From Chrysemys picta bellii (taxonomy: Eukaryota), in contig NC_088794.1 in the NCBI RefSeq assembly GCF_011386835.1, forward strand, positions 56,854,001 through 56,918,000: DNA of 64,000 nt, written 5' to 3'. Both the position numbers and the translations under genes were made by a program. This document shows positions 61,814 to 64,000 of this stretch, in pieces (position 1 is the stretch's first letter; each line of letters begins with the position of its first letter). The notes under the pieces are model-generated. The model was given only the letters and a program-made list of their open reading frames with translations, had not been told where the DNA came from and made no database searches.

Positions 61814-63120
61814 ATGTATTCCAAGCGGCTTAAGAGCGACCTGGTGGAGCTGTGCAAGCAGAGGGGGCTGCGCATTGGGAGGCTCACCAAAGAACAGCTC
61901 ATTGCCCGGCTGGAGGTGGAAGATCGCGCGAATGAACTGATCCCTGTGTCTCAGGGAAGCAGCCTGACAAATGCAGCGCAGGCACCAGTGTCTGTCCCAG
62001 CTGGGAGTGGTCAGCCGGCTGCTGAGGGCTTCCCGAGACCCTTCCTTCCTATGCCTAGGGGAAGGGTGGGGAGGAGCCCAGCAAATACCGAGGGCGCCGT
62101 GACCCCCCCGGCCAGCAGGGGATCCTCCCGGCGAAGCTCGCCGGCCAGCAGAGGATCCTCCCGGCGACGTTCGGCATCCGTGGAGCGGAATTGGCTGGAA
62201 TGGGAGAAAGAGCTAAAACAGAGAGCTGGGGGATCGTGAACAAGAGAGACAGCGTCAGCATGAACGGGAGGAGAAAGAGAGACAGAGACAGCATGAACTG
62301 GAACTGGCAAGATTGAAGGGCAGTGAACCCCCGGCTGCGGTGAGTGAGGGGGGACCCAGGACTGCACGGAGCTTTGATAAGTGCATCCTGGCCCCACACA
62401 AGGAGGGGGAGGACATGGATGACTTCCTGGAGGCCTTTGAGACGACCTGCAAGCTGCACCGGGTTGATCCTGCGGACAGACTCAGGGTCCTTACCCCCTT
62501 ACTGGACCCCAAAGCCGTGGCATTGTACCGCCAACTGGAAGAGGCAGAGAAAGGGGACTACGAACTATTCAAAAAGGCCCTGCTACGTGAGTTTGGGCTG
62601 ACTCCTGAGATGTACCGGGAAAGGTTCCGGAGTCAGGATAAAACCCCTGAGATCTCATATCTGCAACTAGCCGTCCGCATGGAAGGATACGCCAGCAAGT
62701 GGGCTGATGGGGCCCAGACGAAGGAGGACCTGGTCAAACTGCTGGTACTGGAGCAACTGTATGAGCGGTGCCCATCCGACCTGAGGCTGTGGTTGGTGGA
62801 CAGAAAGCCAGAGAACCCGCGACATGCAGGCCGGCTGGCCGATGAGTTTGTAAAGAGCCAGTCAGGAGATAACAGGGAGGAGTCCCAAAGGAACAGTCCC
62901 ACCACAACGCAGAGAGAGAGTCACCATGGGACCTCCCCGTGGGAAAATACAGGAAAACCCCATCAAAGGGGAACATCCGGCGTCAGGACCATCCGACCCA
63001 CTCGGGGGGGACCCATGGGACATGGGCTGCTACTACTGTGGCCAAAAAGGCCACATACGGGCCCAGTGCCCCAGGCTCAGGGACAGACTGAGCAGACCAA
63101 ACCCACAGAGGGTTGATTGG
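61814..63120 (+). pseudogene. Gypsy gag (SAP-like N-terminus, coiled coil, CA/SCAN-like domain, CCHC knuckle), frameshifted
   Basis: MYSKRLKSDLVELCKQRGL..., PEMYRERFR...LVLEQLYERCPSDLRLWL..., CYYCGQKGHIRAQC. Frameshifts near 62220 and 63004-63010. Confidence 0.9.
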
Positions 63121-63299
63121 GTAGAGACCCAGCCCGGCGAGAGGCAGCATTCCCAGGGAAGGGGGGCTGGCAGAGTACCACCTGCTAAGGAGGGAGGAGA
63201 GCTTCAGGCCAGCTCCTCTAGGGGGCTGGATGCTCCAGACTCAGGGTTTTTGGTTTATACGGTGGGCACGGGGCTGTCCCTCCGGAGAGAGTACCTTGT

Positions 63300-63530
63300 T
63301 CCCCTGGAGGTGGATGGGAGGAAGGTCAATGGATACTGGGATACGGGCGCAGAGGTGACGCTGGCCCGGCCCGAGGTGGTGGCCCCAGATCAGGTGGTGC
63401 CCAACACCTACCTGACCCTGACGGGGGTGGGCGGAACACCAGTCAAAGTGCCCGTGGCAAGGGTACACCTGAAGTGGGGGGCCCCAAGGATGTGGGGGTA
63501 CACCCGTATTTGCCCACTGAGGTATTGATG
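63300..63530 (+). pseudogene. Gypsy aspartic protease, frameshifted
   Basis: VPLEVDGRKVNGYWDTGAEVTLARPEVV contains the DTGA active-site motif. Frame change near 63480. Confidence 0.9.
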
Positions 63531-63730
63531 GGGGGGGACCTGGAGAACTGGCCAAGCAACCCCCAAAGGGCACTGGTTGTGACCGCAGTCAGAGCCGGCG
63601 AGGGGCACTGCGCCCTGGCCTTGGGGGGAGGTGCCTTGCCTGAGGCGCAGGACCCTAACCTGGTGGGGAGGGAACGCCCAGGGACACGGCTCAGGGAGGC
63701 TGCAGCTTCAGACCCAGCGGGCGAGAAAGA

Positions 63731-64000
63731 CAGGCCATCCCTGTCCCAGCTGCTGAGTTCCAGGCCGAGTTACAGAGAGATCCCTCCTTGCGGAAGATAA
63801 GGGACCTGGCCGACCTCAATGCGGTACAGACCATGGGACGAGGTGGCCGGAAAAGGTTCCTGTGGGAGAAGGGGTTCCTGTACCGAGAATGGGCTCCCCC
63901 AGGGAAAATGGAGTCAGGGGGGATCAGGAGGCAGCTGGTGGTACCCCAGAAGTATCGCCGCCAGCTGCTGTGCCGGGCCCATGACATTCCTCTCTCAGGG
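63731..64000 (+). pseudogene. Start of Gypsy integrase (HHCC zinc-binding region), runs off the window
   Basis: Open 90-codon frame ending ...GFLYREW...RQLVVPQKYRRQLLCRAHDIPLSG. Confidence 0.85.

Noticed and set aside
1-64000. CRISPR arrays, prokaryotic operons, endogenous non-retroviral virus segments
   Set aside because: No regularly spaced repeat-spacer structure or recognisable viral or bacterial protein motifs were seen. A translated search would be needed to exclude old viral fragments.

Overview
Vertebrate genomic DNA, almost certainly turtle, judged from the tortoise Pol III/SINE and the turtle-type Harbinger, hAT, Penelope and Gypsy repeats. Two genes converge tail to tail, as at human 1q32. 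SYT2 (+) contributes its last coding exon (1443-1649) and a ~7.5 kb 3'UTR. PPP1R12B/MYPT2 (-) contributes its 3' half: the internal first exon of the small smooth-muscle M20/M21 subunit (59207-59308), five shared exons including a 17-nt microexon, two alternative tails (leucine zipper at 24104-24190, NLHQ tail at 29722-29856) and a ~6.6 kb 3'UTR. The spliced M20 reading gives 187 aa with the zipper or 203 aa with the NLHQ tail. The rest is intronic or intergenic DNA rich in transposons, many with readable target-site duplications. The most interesting items are: (1) a young Gmr1-type Gypsy element with a tRNA-Leu PBS, SAP-like and SCAN-like Gag, and integrase directly after protease; (2) a loop-less 100-bp-arm Penelope palindrome carrying two variant minimal hammerhead motifs; (3) a candidate third, very short C-terminal exon of PPP1R12B; (4) a TATA/Inr/CArG core promoter for M20; (5) a near-complete AmnSINE1; (6) a Vingi retroposon remnant. 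I found no convincing wholly new biological system. Coordinates were read by eye; exon and TSD-bounded ends were counted, other repeat boundaries are approximate. No database searches were run.
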